Part shown: piece after piece, positions 1 through 9,220 of the stretch
How positions within the stretch are numbered: the first letter of the stretch is position 1
How the letters are laid out: each line of letters opens with the position of its first letter
Position numbers and translations under genes: made by a program
Assembly: GCA_963704165.1 (NCBI GenBank)
Contig: CAVPHD010000011.1
Location: 128,001-192,000 of the forward strand
Length of the DNA stretch: 64,000 nucleotides
Source: an uncultured delta proteobacterium
GTDB taxonomy: Bacteria; Myxococcota_A; UBA9160; SZUA-336
Reading direction: 5' to 3'
The notes under the pieces: generated by a model
What the model was told of the DNA's origin: nothing
The model's database searches: none
The model's input: the letters and a program-made list of their open reading frames with translations, nothing else

Positions 1-267
1 ACCGACAACGAGATCGAGGGCTACGCGCGCGCGCGCAACCTCTGCGACGAGGTCATGCGCATCGTTGCCCACAATCGCCAGTGGACGCGCGCGTACCCGG
101 TCAAGCTCGCGCTCTCGATGAACCCGAAGTGTCCTCCCCAGGCCGCCGTCAAGTTCCTGAATTACCTCACCGATCGAGACTTGGGACTGATCATGCGCAG
201 TCGCGACGTGCCCGGAGTGATCTCGGCGCAAGCGCGTCGCATCCTGGCCCGGAAGGGGAAGACGTAG
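1..267 (+). CDS. Conserved hypothetical helical-repeat protein, 3' end only
   Basis: Frame is open from base 1 (TDNEIEGYARARNLCDEVMRIVAHNRQWTRAYPVKLALSMNPKCP...). Its TAG stop abuts the next ATG. Confidence 0.7.
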   Translation, partial: TDNEIEGYARARNLCDEVMRIVAHNRQWTRAYPVKLALSMNPKCPPQAAVKFLNYLTDRDLGLIMRSRDVPGVISAQARRILARKGKT

Positions 268-1131
268 ATGGGAACCGCCGACCGCGAAACGCGGGAGATC
301 CACGGCAAGATCGTCTACTACGGCGCCGACGGCGCGGGCAAGACCTCGAACCTGGCGTTCATCCAGCGCAAGCTCAAGCGCGAGCACCGCGGCGAGCTGA
401 AGCGCCTGTCCACACGCGATGGTGTCACCGTGTACGAGACGCTGCCGGTGCAGCTCGGGGCGGTGCGCGGCTACAAGACCTCGATCCAGATCATGAGCGT
501 GCCCGGCGCGCCGCAGGCATCGGCGATGCGGCGGCAGATCCTCGATGGCGTCGATGGCATCGTCTTCGTCGCCGACCTGCGACCCGAGCGCCACCCGGCG
601 ACGATCGCCGCGCTCGACGAGCTCCGAAAGCACCTGTCGGCGCACGGCCTCGAGCTCGAGGACGTCCCGCTCGTCGTCCAGTACAACCACCGGGACCAGG
701 CCGACGAGAACGCCGTCGATCGTCTGCACCGACTCCTGCCGTTCCGCGAGGTCCCCTGCTTCGACGCCCGCGCCGACGAGGGGACGGGCGTCTTGCAGAC
801 CCTGACGACGCTTTCCAAGCTCGTCCTGGTCGAGCTTCGGAAGACACTCGACGAGACGTCCGACTCGGTGCCCCCGGTCGTACAGACCCACGCAAACCCG
901 AACGTCACGCGCGTGGTCGAGGAGCGCGAGCCCCTCGGCCCCCCGACGGGCGAGGTCACGGCCGGCTTCGAGGATCCAGCCCACGCGGCTCCCGAGAAGG
1001 GCTTCTCGGTGGAGAGCGCCGGACCCGTCCACGGCGGCGGAAGCGAGATCTCCGTTCCGGTGCGCCTGATCGACGAAGCGACGGGCCGACGCGTGGAGAT
1101 CATCGTCCGCATCGCGATCGACGCGTTGTAG
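268..1131 (+). CDS. MglA-like small GTPase with C-terminal extension
   Basis: REIHGKIVYYGADGAGKTSNL (G1), SVPG, ILDGVDGIVFVAD and QYNHRD match the MglA layout, followed by about 95 extra aa. Confidence 0.85.
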   Translation: MGTADRETREIHGKIVYYGADGAGKTSNLAFIQRKLKREHRGELKRLSTRDGVTVYETLPVQLGAVRGYKTSIQIMSVPGAPQASAMRRQILDGVDGIVFVADLRPERHPATIAALDELRKHLSAHGLELEDVPLVVQYNHRDQADENAVDRLHRLLPFREVPCFDARADEGTGVLQTLTTLSKLVLVELRKTLDETSDSVPPVVQTHANPNVTRVVEEREPLGPPTGEVTAGFEDPAHAAPEKGFSVESAGPVHGGGSEISVPVRLIDEATGRRVEIIVRIAIDAL

Positions 1132-1147
1132 GTCGGGAGGGCGCGGC

Positions 1148-3439
1148 ATGCGCAAGCGCCTCGGCATCGTGGGTCACTCGGACGAGGGACTCGCGCTGAT
1201 TCCGCTGCTCGAAGCCAATCCCGACGTCGAGCTCTGCGGCGTGTTGACCGACGATCCGGACGCGGCGCGAAACGCGCTCGTTCGAGTCGATCCGAAGTAC
1301 GCGCTTCGGTCCTATCAGCTGCTCGTCTCGGACGGGCCGGCGTTGCTGCGAACCCCGGGCCTGGTCGCGCTGATCGACGCCGAGGCGCCGGCCGGATTGC
1401 GCTCGGTGCTCGACGCCGCTCCCGAGCGCGGCGTGCAGGTGACCACGCCGCTGATCGCAAAGCTCCTCTACGCCTTCGGCCCGGTGGACGCACACCGCAA
1501 GCCCGACTTGCTCCAGGCACTCGGAGAGATCCTCGAGTCGTACAACCTGACCATCGATCGACGCGGTCTGCTCAATCGCATCCTGCAGATCGCGGTCGGG
1601 TCGACCGGTGCGGACCGCGGCTCGCTGATGCTCTGGGACGAGGCCGAGGGTGCGCTGCGCATCGAAGTCGCCCTGGGAATCGAGAAGGAGCTGATCTCGA
1701 AGATCCGCATCCGACCGGGCGAGGGGATCGCGGGGATCGCGTTCTCCGAGCGCAAGCCCCACCTGCTCTCCGGCAAGGCCGACCAGAGGCTGTACGAGAT
1801 CGCGCGCGAACGCAGCGACGTCGAATCGGCGATCTCGGCGCCGCTGATCCACGGCGACCGCGTGCTCGGCGTGCTCAACCTGTCCCACAGCCTGCGACGA
1901 GGAGCGTTCTCGGAAGAGGACCGCGACTTCATCACTCGGCTCGCGGCGATCGACGCGAAGATCATCACGCGCGCCGAGGAGTACCACCGACTGCTGCGCG
2001 ACTCGGCGAGGCTGCGCGCGCAGAGCCTGGTCCGCGAAGCGCTCGCGGAGACCGGCCCGCTGCACCAGCAGCTCTCGAAGGTCTGCCGCTATCTCGCCGG
2101 GGAACTCGCAGGTGGAATCGCGCACGTCTTCCTCGTCGATGCCGAGCAGGGAGCGCTCGTCTTGCGCGGGTCCTCGACGCCGATCGACCCGCTCGCGGCG
2201 CCGTACCGGATCCGGCCGAGCGACGGCATCCACGGCTGGGCGGCCCGAGAGCGCAAGTCGATCGTGCTCTCGAACGCGACCGAGGAGGGCTGCGCCTGCT
2301 TCGCGGTACTTCCTCTGCTGGCACGGGGGGACCTGATCGGGCTGCTCTCGTTCGAGGGCATGCTGGCCCCCGGTGCGCCCGAAGTCCTGCGCGAGAAGAT
2401 CAGCGCCGTCGCCGACGCCCTCGCCCTCGCGCTCGCCGATGCGCTGCGGACGATGTTCATGGAACGCGAGGCGACCAAGACCGCCGCGATCACCGAGCTC
2501 GCGAGCCGCCTCGGGTCCGCGAGCGACTCCGCACTGCTACACCGATCCGTGACGTCCTCCGCCGCCATGATCCTCGAAGCCGAGCACGCCGTTCTGCGCC
2601 TCCAGGACTCGACCACCGGGCGCTACCAGATCCGGTCCTATTTCGGATCCGCCGAGACCGACGAGCAGGCGCCGCTGCTCGAGCTCGAGAAGGCGCTCTC
2701 GATCCGCGCGCTCTCGCTGCGCGAAGCGGTACGCGTGATCGACGTGCGAGCCGATGCGGAGCTCGCGAAGCACCACTCCGACGTCGTCTCCGCTCTGTCG
2801 TGGCCCCTGCGCCGCGACGGGCGTGTTCTCGGCACGCTCTCGCTTCTCGGCAAGGTCGCACGCGACGCGCTCACCAGCGAGAGCTTCTCGTCTCAGGACC
2901 AGGCGCTGCTCGGCCGCTTCGCCGAGCACGCGCAGCAGGCGCTCGAGCAGGTCGGGGAGCGCGAACGCATGCGGCATCAGCGCCGCTTCGACGAGCTCAC
3001 CGCGCTTCCGAACGCGACCTACGTCGCCGAGAGGATCGAAGAGGAGATCGCCCGCGCGGGCGCGCGCGGACGGACCTTCGCGCTCGTCCGGTTCCGCCTC
3101 GACGGGCTCGCCGAGCTTCTCACGAGTCCCGACGCGAACCCGGCCGAGCACCTCGTCGTCTCGCTCGCGCAGGAGCTGCGCGCCGGGCTGCGCGAGTTCG
3201 ACATCGTCGCGCGCACCGCGCCCGACACGTTCCTGATGCTGATTCCGGAGCCCGAAACCGACATCTCGGCGCTCCTCGGCCCGCTCGCGCGGCGTGTGCG
3301 CGAGGCGATTCGGCGCGAGCCCGATCCCGCGCTCGGCGAGGGCGTCCGACTCGAGTTCGGGTACGCCCTCTTCCCCGGCGACGGCCAGACCTCGCGCGCG
3401 TTGCTCGAGGCGACCCGCCGGACCCGCGTCACGGACTGA
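1148..3439 (+). CDS. Multi-GAF sensor with degenerate GGDEF domain
   Basis: GAF motifs GEGIAG...SAISAPLIHGDRVLGVLNL and two more GAF-like repeats. C-terminal DELTALPN...LREFDIVARTAPDTF. Confidence 0.85.
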   Translation: MRKRLGIVGHSDEGLALIPLLEANPDVELCGVLTDDPDAARNALVRVDPKYALRSYQLLVSDGPALLRTPGLVALIDAEAPAGLRSVLDAAPERGVQVTTPLIAKLLYAFGPVDAHRKPDLLQALGEILESYNLTIDRRGLLNRILQIAVGSTGADRGSLMLWDEAEGALRIEVALGIEKELISKIRIRPGEGIAGIAFSERKPHLLSGKADQRLYEIARERSDVESAISAPLIHGDRVLGVLNLSHSLRRGAFSEEDRDFITRLAAIDAKIITRAEEYHRLLRDSARLRAQSLVREALAETGPLHQQLSKVCRYLAGELAGGIAHVFLVDAEQGALVLRGSSTPIDPLAAPYRIRPSDGIHGWAARERKSIVLSNATEEGCACFAVLPLLARGDLIGLLSFEGMLAPGAPEVLREKISAVADALALALADALRTMFMEREATKTAAITELASRLGSASDSALLHRSVTSSAAMILEAEHAVLRLQDSTTGRYQIRSYFGSAETDEQAPLLELEKALSIRALSLREAVRVIDVRADAELAKHHSDVVSALSWPLRRDGRVLGTLSLLGKVARDALTSESFSSQDQALLGRFAEHAQQALEQVGERERMRHQRRFDELTALPNATYVAERIEEEIARAGARGRTFALVRFRLDGLAELLTSPDANPAEHLVVSLAQELRAGLREFDIVARTAPDTFLMLIPEPETDISALLGPLARRVREAIRREPDPALGEGVRLEFGYALFPGDGQTSRALLEATRRTRVTD

Positions 3440-3448
3440 TCTCCGCGC

Positions 3449-4567
3449 TCAGGCCGAAGCCGCCCAGGGCGTCTCGACGCACGGCGCGCCGATCGCCTCG
3501 GCGACACCTTTCAGCGTGACTCGGCCGCGGTAGCAGTTCACACCCCGGGCGAGCGCGGGGTTCGCGTTCAGCGCGCCGTCCACGCCGCGGCGGCAGAGCT
3601 CGAGAAGATACGGGAACGTCGCGTTGTTCAACGCCAGCGTCGACGTGCGCGGCACCGCGCCCGGCATGTTCGGAACCCCGTAGTGGATGACGCCGCTCTC
3701 GACATAGGTCGGCTTGGAGTGCGAGGTCGGCCGGATCGTCTCGACGCAGCCGCCCTGATCGACCGCCACGTCGACGATCACCGAGCCGGGCTTCATCGCG
3801 GCGACCAGTCCGCGATCGACGAGCACGGGCGCGCGCGCGCCGGGTAGGAGCACCGCGCCGATCACGAGGTCGGCTTCGAGGATCGACTGCTCCAGGTTCA
3901 CGACGTTGGAGTACAGCGTGTCGATGCCGCCGTGATAGATGTCATACAAGTGCGAGAGCTTGCGCTGGTCGACGTCGAGGACGGCCACCTCCGCGCCCAG
4001 ACCCGTCGCCATCCGCACCGCCGCCGTCCCGACGATGCCCGCACCGATCACCGCGACCCGTCCACGCGGCACGCCCGGGACTCCGCCGAGCAAGACCCCG
4101 CGTCCACCCTGATCGGCCTGCAGGTAGTGAGCGCCGATCTGCACGGCGAGCCGTCCCGCCACCTCGCTCATCGGCACGAGCAGAGGCAGCGATCCGTCGT
4201 CGAGCCGAACCGTCTCGAAGCCGATCGCGATGATCTCGCTGTCGAGAATCCGGCGCGCGAGCTCCGGCTCCGGGGCCAGATGCAGGAAGTCGAAGACGGT
4301 CTGCCCGGGGCGCATGGCCGCGATCTCCGCCAGCGTCGGCTCCTTCACCTTGGTGACGATCTCGCAGCTCTCGATCACGTCCTCCGCCGACGCGAGCACC
4401 TTCGCGCCGACCGCCTCGTAATCGGCGTCGGAGAATCCGCTGCCCTCGCCCGCCGCGGTCTCGAGCCGCACTTCGTGGCCTGCAGCGGCGAGCGTGCGCG
4501 CACCCGCGGGCAGAAGCGCGACACGCAGCTCACGGTCCTTGGTCTCACGCAGGACGCCGACGCGCAT
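3449..4567 (-). CDS. ald: Alanine dehydrogenase
   Basis: [70 protein letters not shown]. Confidence 0.95.
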   Translation of the reverse strand: MRVGVLRETKDRELRVALLPAGARTLAAAGHEVRLETAAGEGSGFSDADYEAVGAKVLASAEDVIESCEIVTKVKEPTLAEIAAMRPGQTVFDFLHLAPEPELARRILDSEIIAIGFETVRLDDGSLPLLVPMSEVAGRLAVQIGAHYLQADQGGRGVLLGGVPGVPRGRVAVIGAGIVGTAAVRMATGLGAEVAVLDVDQRKLSHLYDIYHGGIDTLYSNVVNLEQSILEADLVIGAVLLPGARAPVLVDRGLVAAMKPGSVIVDVAVDQGGCVETIRPTSHSKPTYVESGVIHYGVPNMPGAVPRTSTLALNNATFPYLLELCRRGVDGALNANPALARGVNCYRGRVTLKGVAEAIGAPCVETPWAASA

Positions 4568-4672
4568 ACCGTGATCCTTCTCGGAGGTGTGACGCGGAGG
4601 AGGATACCGCGCGTGCACGGTCTGGGGCTCTCCTGGGGGGGATCGGAACGATCCTCGGCGAACTGGAGCGCG

Positions 4673-5704
4673 CTACCAGACCGGTCGTGTGTTCAGTCCG
4701 TTGTGCACGATCTCGCGCTCGACGCCGTCCGCGACCCGCGACACGTACAAGAGGCTCTCCTTCTCGTCGCCGCGCGACGAGGCGTAGACGACGTATTGCC
4801 CATCCGGAGAGAGCGCGGGAAACTCCTCGTCATAGCTGGTCTTGGTGATCTGCCGCTTGGCGGATCCATCCCCGCGCATCAACCAGACGTTGGAGTTGCC
4901 GAGGCTCTCGCGCGTGAAGGTGATCCAGTTTCCGTCGCGCGAGAAACGCGGGTTGTCTCCACGCGTGACCGGCCGCGGTTCCGCCTCGCCCAGCGCCTGG
5001 AGATAGATCGTCGCGCCGCGGGTCGAACCCCGTTCGGCGCGCGCGAACACGACCGTTCGTCCGTCCGGTGACACGTCCGGCGTGCCCCCTCCCTTCGATC
5101 CGGGCAGCAGCTCGCGGCCCCTCGCGTCGGTCTCGACGAAGATCCCTCCCGAGAAACTGCGGCCCTCGCGAATCGGTCCGTGCCAGACCAGGCGGATCGG
5201 TCCGTCGGCGACTCCCGCGCCGTTCCCGACCGGCCCGCGCTGCACGCGCGCCCAGGCGCCGGTGAGCCGGTTCCAGGTGTGGAGTTCGAGACCGCCGGAT
5301 CTCGGATCGATCCGACCGACCAGCAAGTGCGTGCCATCGGCACTCCAGTCGCACGGAACCGCGCCGAGGCCCGCATCGGGCACCACTCGATACTCGCCGG
5401 TCTCGGGCGCGAGCAGGGAGAGCGTCGTCTTCAGCCTCGGCCTCGTCGAGCGCACGTCGTCGGGATCCTCGATCCGCGCGGCTTCGCGGAACTTCTCGAG
5501 CGAGAGGATTCCCTCGGAGGCGCCTTGGCGGATGTACGCGATCGGATCGGTGGGTAGATCTGCGAGCGAGACGCCCTCGGAGCAGGCGGAGAGCAAAGCA
5601 CCGAGGAGCGCCAGGATCGCCGGTCTAACGAACCGCGCGACCGCGGAAGCGCTGCGCCGACTCGTCCCAATCGAAGAGCGCCGCGCCTTGGACGCCGGAC
5701 TCAC
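4673..5704 (-). CDS. TolB-like (PD40 beta-propeller) lipoprotein; start uncertain
   Basis: Lipobox LLSAC and repeats WSADG, VSPDG, FSRDG, LSPDG. The nearest in-frame start codon is GTG at 5704. Confidence 0.7.
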   Translation of the reverse strand: MSPASKARRSSIGTSRRSASAVARFVRPAILALLGALLSACSEGVSLADLPTDPIAYIRQGASEGILSLEKFREAARIEDPDDVRSTRPRLKTTLSLLAPETGEYRVVPDAGLGAVPCDWSADGTHLLVGRIDPRSGGLELHTWNRLTGAWARVQRGPVGNGAGVADGPIRLVWHGPIREGRSFSGGIFVETDARGRELLPGSKGGGTPDVSPDGRTVVFARAERGSTRGATIYLQALGEAEPRPVTRGDNPRFSRDGNWITFTRESLGNSNVWLMRGDGSAKRQITKTSYDEEFPALSPDGQYVVYASSRGDEKESLLYVSRVADGVEREIVHNGLNTRPVW

Positions 5705-6161
5705 CGACCGAGATGACGAGCTGTGCCGCGCCCGCGTAGATCGGCCGGCCGTCCGGTCCCAGAGCCCCCTCGAGATCCGTGAACGACAGATAGGCCGCGG
5801 TGTCGACGTGCGAGTGGTAGATGACGACCAGCCGCTCCCCTCTCTGTTCGGCTCCGCGCAGCGCATTCAGCAACTCCTGCTCGTCGATCCAGAACGCCCG
5901 GCTCGCGTCGAGATCCGACTCGCCGCGAGCGACCCTGGCGCTCTGCACGTTGCTGCAGCGGATGACGCGGACCGGAGTCGCCCGGTCGGTGCCGGTGAGC
6001 AGGCCACAGCACTCTTCCGGATAGCACTCGCGCGCGTGCTGGAAAACCTCGTGCAGAAGATCGCGCGGCAGAACGGCCGGGCCCAGCGCTTCGTCGACAC
6101 GAGCGGCCGCGCGCTGTTCCCACGGCCGATCCGATTCGGGCTCGCCCGAGCCTCCGTTCAA
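5625..6161 (-). CDS. JAB/Mov34 (M67 family) metallopeptidase
   Basis: YPEECCGLL and YHSHVDTAAYLSFTD (HSH-x7-S-x2-D). TTG start preceded by GGAG. Confidence 0.88.
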   Translation of the reverse strand: MNGGSGEPESDRPWEQRAAARVDEALGPAVLPRDLLHEVFQHARECYPEECCGLLTGTDRATPVRVIRCSNVQSARVARGESDLDASRAFWIDEQELLNALRGAEQRGERLVVIYHSHVDTAAYLSFTDLEGALGPDGRPIYAGAAQLVISVGESGVQGAALFDWDESAQRFRGRAVR

Positions 6162-6273
6162 CTCCGACCTCCGCGGCCTTCCCGCGCGGACCGTATCACG
6201 AGCGCTGGCTCGGTTGAATGGACTAGAGTGAGTTTGCCCCCGCATCGACTCCTCCGGAGGCCGCTCGGCTCCC

Positions 6274-9207
6274 ATGCTCGATCCCGAGATCACGCCACCG
6301 CTGCGGCGGTTCGTGGAGTCGCTCGCGAGCCGCGCCAAGGACACCCTGGGCGGTCGGGTGCGAGCGACGCTCGCGCTCGAGCCGCGCGTCGCTCGGCCCG
6401 GCGCGTTCGATCTCGCGCCGGGCCTCGAAGCGATCCTCGCGAGGCGCGGGATCTCGACGCTCTTCTCGCATCAAGCCGAAGCCCTCGCACACGTGCGCGC
6501 CGGCCACGACGTGCTGGTCTCGACGGCGACCGCGAGCGGCAAGAGCCTGATCTACGACCTGGCGATCGCCGAGCGAGCGCTCGCGCGCCGCGATGCGCGC
6601 GCGCTTCTGCTCTTTCCGCTGAAGGCGCTCGAGCAGGATCAGCTGCAGAGCTTGCGGGCCGATCTCGACGTGCTGGCCACGCTCGACGGCCCCACGGCCG
6701 AGATCTACGACGGCGACACGTCGCCCTACCAGCGCAAGCGCATCCGCGACCGGCCGCCGACCGCGCTGTTCACGACCCCCGACATGCTGCACTTCGGGAT
6801 CCTGCCCGGGCACGACGGCTGGAAGGAGTTCCTGCGCCATCTCGAGCTGATCGTCATCGACGAGGTGCATACGTATCGCGGCGTGCTCGGCGCTCACTTC
6901 GCGCAGATCATGCGCCGTCTGCTCCGGCTCGCGCGCCACCACGGCGCGGACCCGCGCATCGTCGCGTGCTCGGCGACGATCGGGAATCCGGCCGCGTTCG
7001 CGCGCGACCTCTTCGGCCGCGAGCTCGCGCTCGTTTCCGAGGACGGTTCACCCCAGCCCACCCGTTGGCTCGTCTTCATCGAGCCCGAGACCTCGGCCTA
7101 CACCACGGCGGCGCGGCTCTTCCGCCACTGCGTTCGCCAGGGCCTGCGCACGATCGCGTTCACGCAGTCGCGCCGAACGACGGAGCTCATGCACCGGTGG
7201 ATCCTCGAGGCCGAGCCGCGGCTCGCGAACCGCGTCTCGTCGTATCGCAGCGGCTTCCTGCCCGAGGAACGACGCGCGATCGAGAAGCGCCTCTTCGAAG
7301 GCGATCTGCTCGGCGTGATCTCGACGTCCGCTCTCGAGATGGGAATCGACGTCGGCGGACTCGATGCCTGCATCCTCGTCGGCTACCCGGGATCGATTCT
7401 CGCCACGCGCCAGCGCTCCGGACGCGTCGGCCGCGGACGCGACGGCGTGATCTTCGTCGTTCCGCAGGAAGACGCGCTCGACCGCTTCTTCCTGAATCAC
7501 CCCGAGCAGGTCATCTCGCGCCCATGCGAGGACGCGACCGTCGACCCGGCGAATCTCGAGATCGCCGCCGCCCACATGCCCTGCGCGGCGGCCGAGCTGC
7601 CGCTCGCGCACGGCGAACCCTGGCTCGACGCGCCCGGCGCCCGGGCCGCGCTCGCGCTCGCCCACGAGCGCGGCGGTCTGCTCGAGAGCGCGGCCGGGGC
7701 CGAATCGTTCGCCGCGCGGCGCAAGCCGGCGTCCGAAGTGCAGCTGCGCTCCGCGGGGGAATCCTTCGCGATCAAACGCGCGGGCGAGTCGGGAAAGCGC
7801 GTGGTCGGGACGATCGGCGGCGCGCGCGTCACAGGAGAGTGTCACCCCGGCGCGATCTACCTGCACCGCGCGGAGTCGTTCCTGGTTCGCGAACTCGACT
7901 TCGAGCGGCGCGAGGTCCGGGTCGAGGGCCCGGTCGAGGTCGACTGGTACACGCGGCCGGTGGTCGAGAAGGAGACGGAGATCCTAGAAGTCCTCCGCAC
8001 GCGACCGAGCGGGAACATGTTGGTGAAGCTCGGCCGCCTGCGCGTCACCTCGAAGACCACCGCCTACGAGAAGCGGCGCGTCTTCGGCCAGGACCTGCTC
8101 GGCCGGCATCCGCTCGAGCTTCCACCGACGCGCTTCGAGACCGAGGGCCTCTGGCTCGAGCTCGCGCCGCAGATAGAGCGCGTCGTGAAGGCCGGCGGCG
8201 GTCACTTCATGGGCGGCATCCACGGCCTCGAGCACGCTTCGCTCGCACTCTTTCCACTCTTCGCGCTCTGCGACCGATTCGACGCCGCGGGGATCTCGAT
8301 CCCGCGCCACCCGCAGGTTCGAGGCCCCGCGATCTTCCTGTACGACGCGCACCCCGGCGGAATCGGAATCGCGCGCGCGATCTTTCCGCGCCTCGAGGAG
8401 CTGCTCTCGCTCGCCGGGCAGATCGCGTCCGAGTGCCCGTGCGTGGACGGCTGTCCGTCGTGCATCCACTCGCCACGCTGCGGTGCCGGGAACCGGCCGC
8501 TCGACAAGGCCGCGGTGATCCGCACGGTCGATCTCGCGCTCGCGCGAGAGACGCTGCCGACCTCCGAGCTCGAGCTCGAGGAGCCCGAGCTCGACGACGT
8601 CGAGATGCGCGCAGCCGAAACGGCGCAGCGCCGCGCGCCGATCCTCTTCGACGTCGAGACGCAACGTTCCGCGGCCGAGGTCGGCGGCTGGGGCAATACG
8701 CATCTGATGCGGCTCGCGCTCGCGGTCGTCTTCGACGCGGCCACGGGGGAGTTCGAGACCTACACCGAAGCGCGTGCAGACGAGCTGATCGAGCGGCTCT
8801 TTCGCGCACCCGCCGTCGTCGGCTTCAACAACCGCCGCTTCGACTACGGCGTGCTTCGCGCGTACACGACGCGAGATCTCTCGCGCTTGCCCACCTTCGA
8901 CCTGCTCGAGGACATCCACCGCAAGCTCGGATATCGCCTCTCGCTCGATCATCTCGCCACGAACACGCTCGGGCGCGGGAAGTCGGGCGACGGCATGCAG
9001 TCGTTGGTCTGGTGGAAGGAGGGCCGGATCGACCTGATCGAAGCGTACTGCCGGAAGGACGTGGAGCTCGTCCGCGACCTGCTCGAGTTCGCGACGCGCG
9101 AGGGCCACGTGATCTTCGAGCGGAAGACCGGCGAGCGGGTGAAGCTGCCCGTCGAGTGGGACGAGACGACGATTCTCGACCGGGCGAGCCAAGCGACGCC
9201 GAGCTAG
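6274..9207 (+). CDS. DEAH-box helicase with DUF1998 (MrfA/SftH/Hrq1-like) fused to a C-terminal RNase H-like DEDD exonuclease (YprB/MrfB-like)
   Basis: TASGKS, DEVH, SAT, QRSGRVGR; LYDAHPGGIG...CPCVDGCPSC; C-terminal FDVET, GFNNRRFD, YCRKDV. Confidence 0.9.
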   Translation: MLDPEITPPLRRFVESLASRAKDTLGGRVRATLALEPRVARPGAFDLAPGLEAILARRGISTLFSHQAEALAHVRAGHDVLVSTATASGKSLIYDLAIAERALARRDARALLLFPLKALEQDQLQSLRADLDVLATLDGPTAEIYDGDTSPYQRKRIRDRPPTALFTTPDMLHFGILPGHDGWKEFLRHLELIVIDEVHTYRGVLGAHFAQIMRRLLRLARHHGADPRIVACSATIGNPAAFARDLFGRELALVSEDGSPQPTRWLVFIEPETSAYTTAARLFRHCVRQGLRTIAFTQSRRTTELMHRWILEAEPRLANRVSSYRSGFLPEERRAIEKRLFEGDLLGVISTSALEMGIDVGGLDACILVGYPGSILATRQRSGRVGRGRDGVIFVVPQEDALDRFFLNHPEQVISRPCEDATVDPANLEIAAAHMPCAAAELPLAHGEPWLDAPGARAALALAHERGGLLESAAGAESFAARRKPASEVQLRSAGESFAIKRAGESGKRVVGTIGGARVTGECHPGAIYLHRAESFLVRELDFERREVRVEGPVEVDWYTRPVVEKETEILEVLRTRPSGNMLVKLGRLRVTSKTTAYEKRRVFGQDLLGRHPLELPPTRFETEGLWLELAPQIERVVKAGGGHFMGGIHGLEHASLALFPLFALCDRFDAAGISIPRHPQVRGPAIFLYDAHPGGIGIARAIFPRLEELLSLAGQIASECPCVDGCPSCIHSPRCGAGNRPLDKAAVIRTVDLALARETLPTSELELEEPELDDVEMRAAETAQRRAPILFDVETQRSAAEVGGWGNTHLMRLALAVVFDAATGEFETYTEARADELIERLFRAPAVVGFNNRRFDYGVLRAYTTRDLSRLPTFDLLEDIHRKLGYRLSLDHLATNTLGRGKSGDGMQSLVWWKEGRIDLIEAYCRKDVELVRDLLEFATREGHVIFERKTGERVKLPVEWDETTILDRASQATPS

Positions 9208-9220
9208 CCTCCCGCGCGCT

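Noticed and set aside
5625..9207. JAB plus DUF1998 helicase as an anti-phage system (CBASS/DISARM/Druantia-like)
   Set aside because: The genes are divergent, and there is no cyclase, E1/E2, methylase or other defence partner. The helicase looks like the repair-type MrfA/SftH family.
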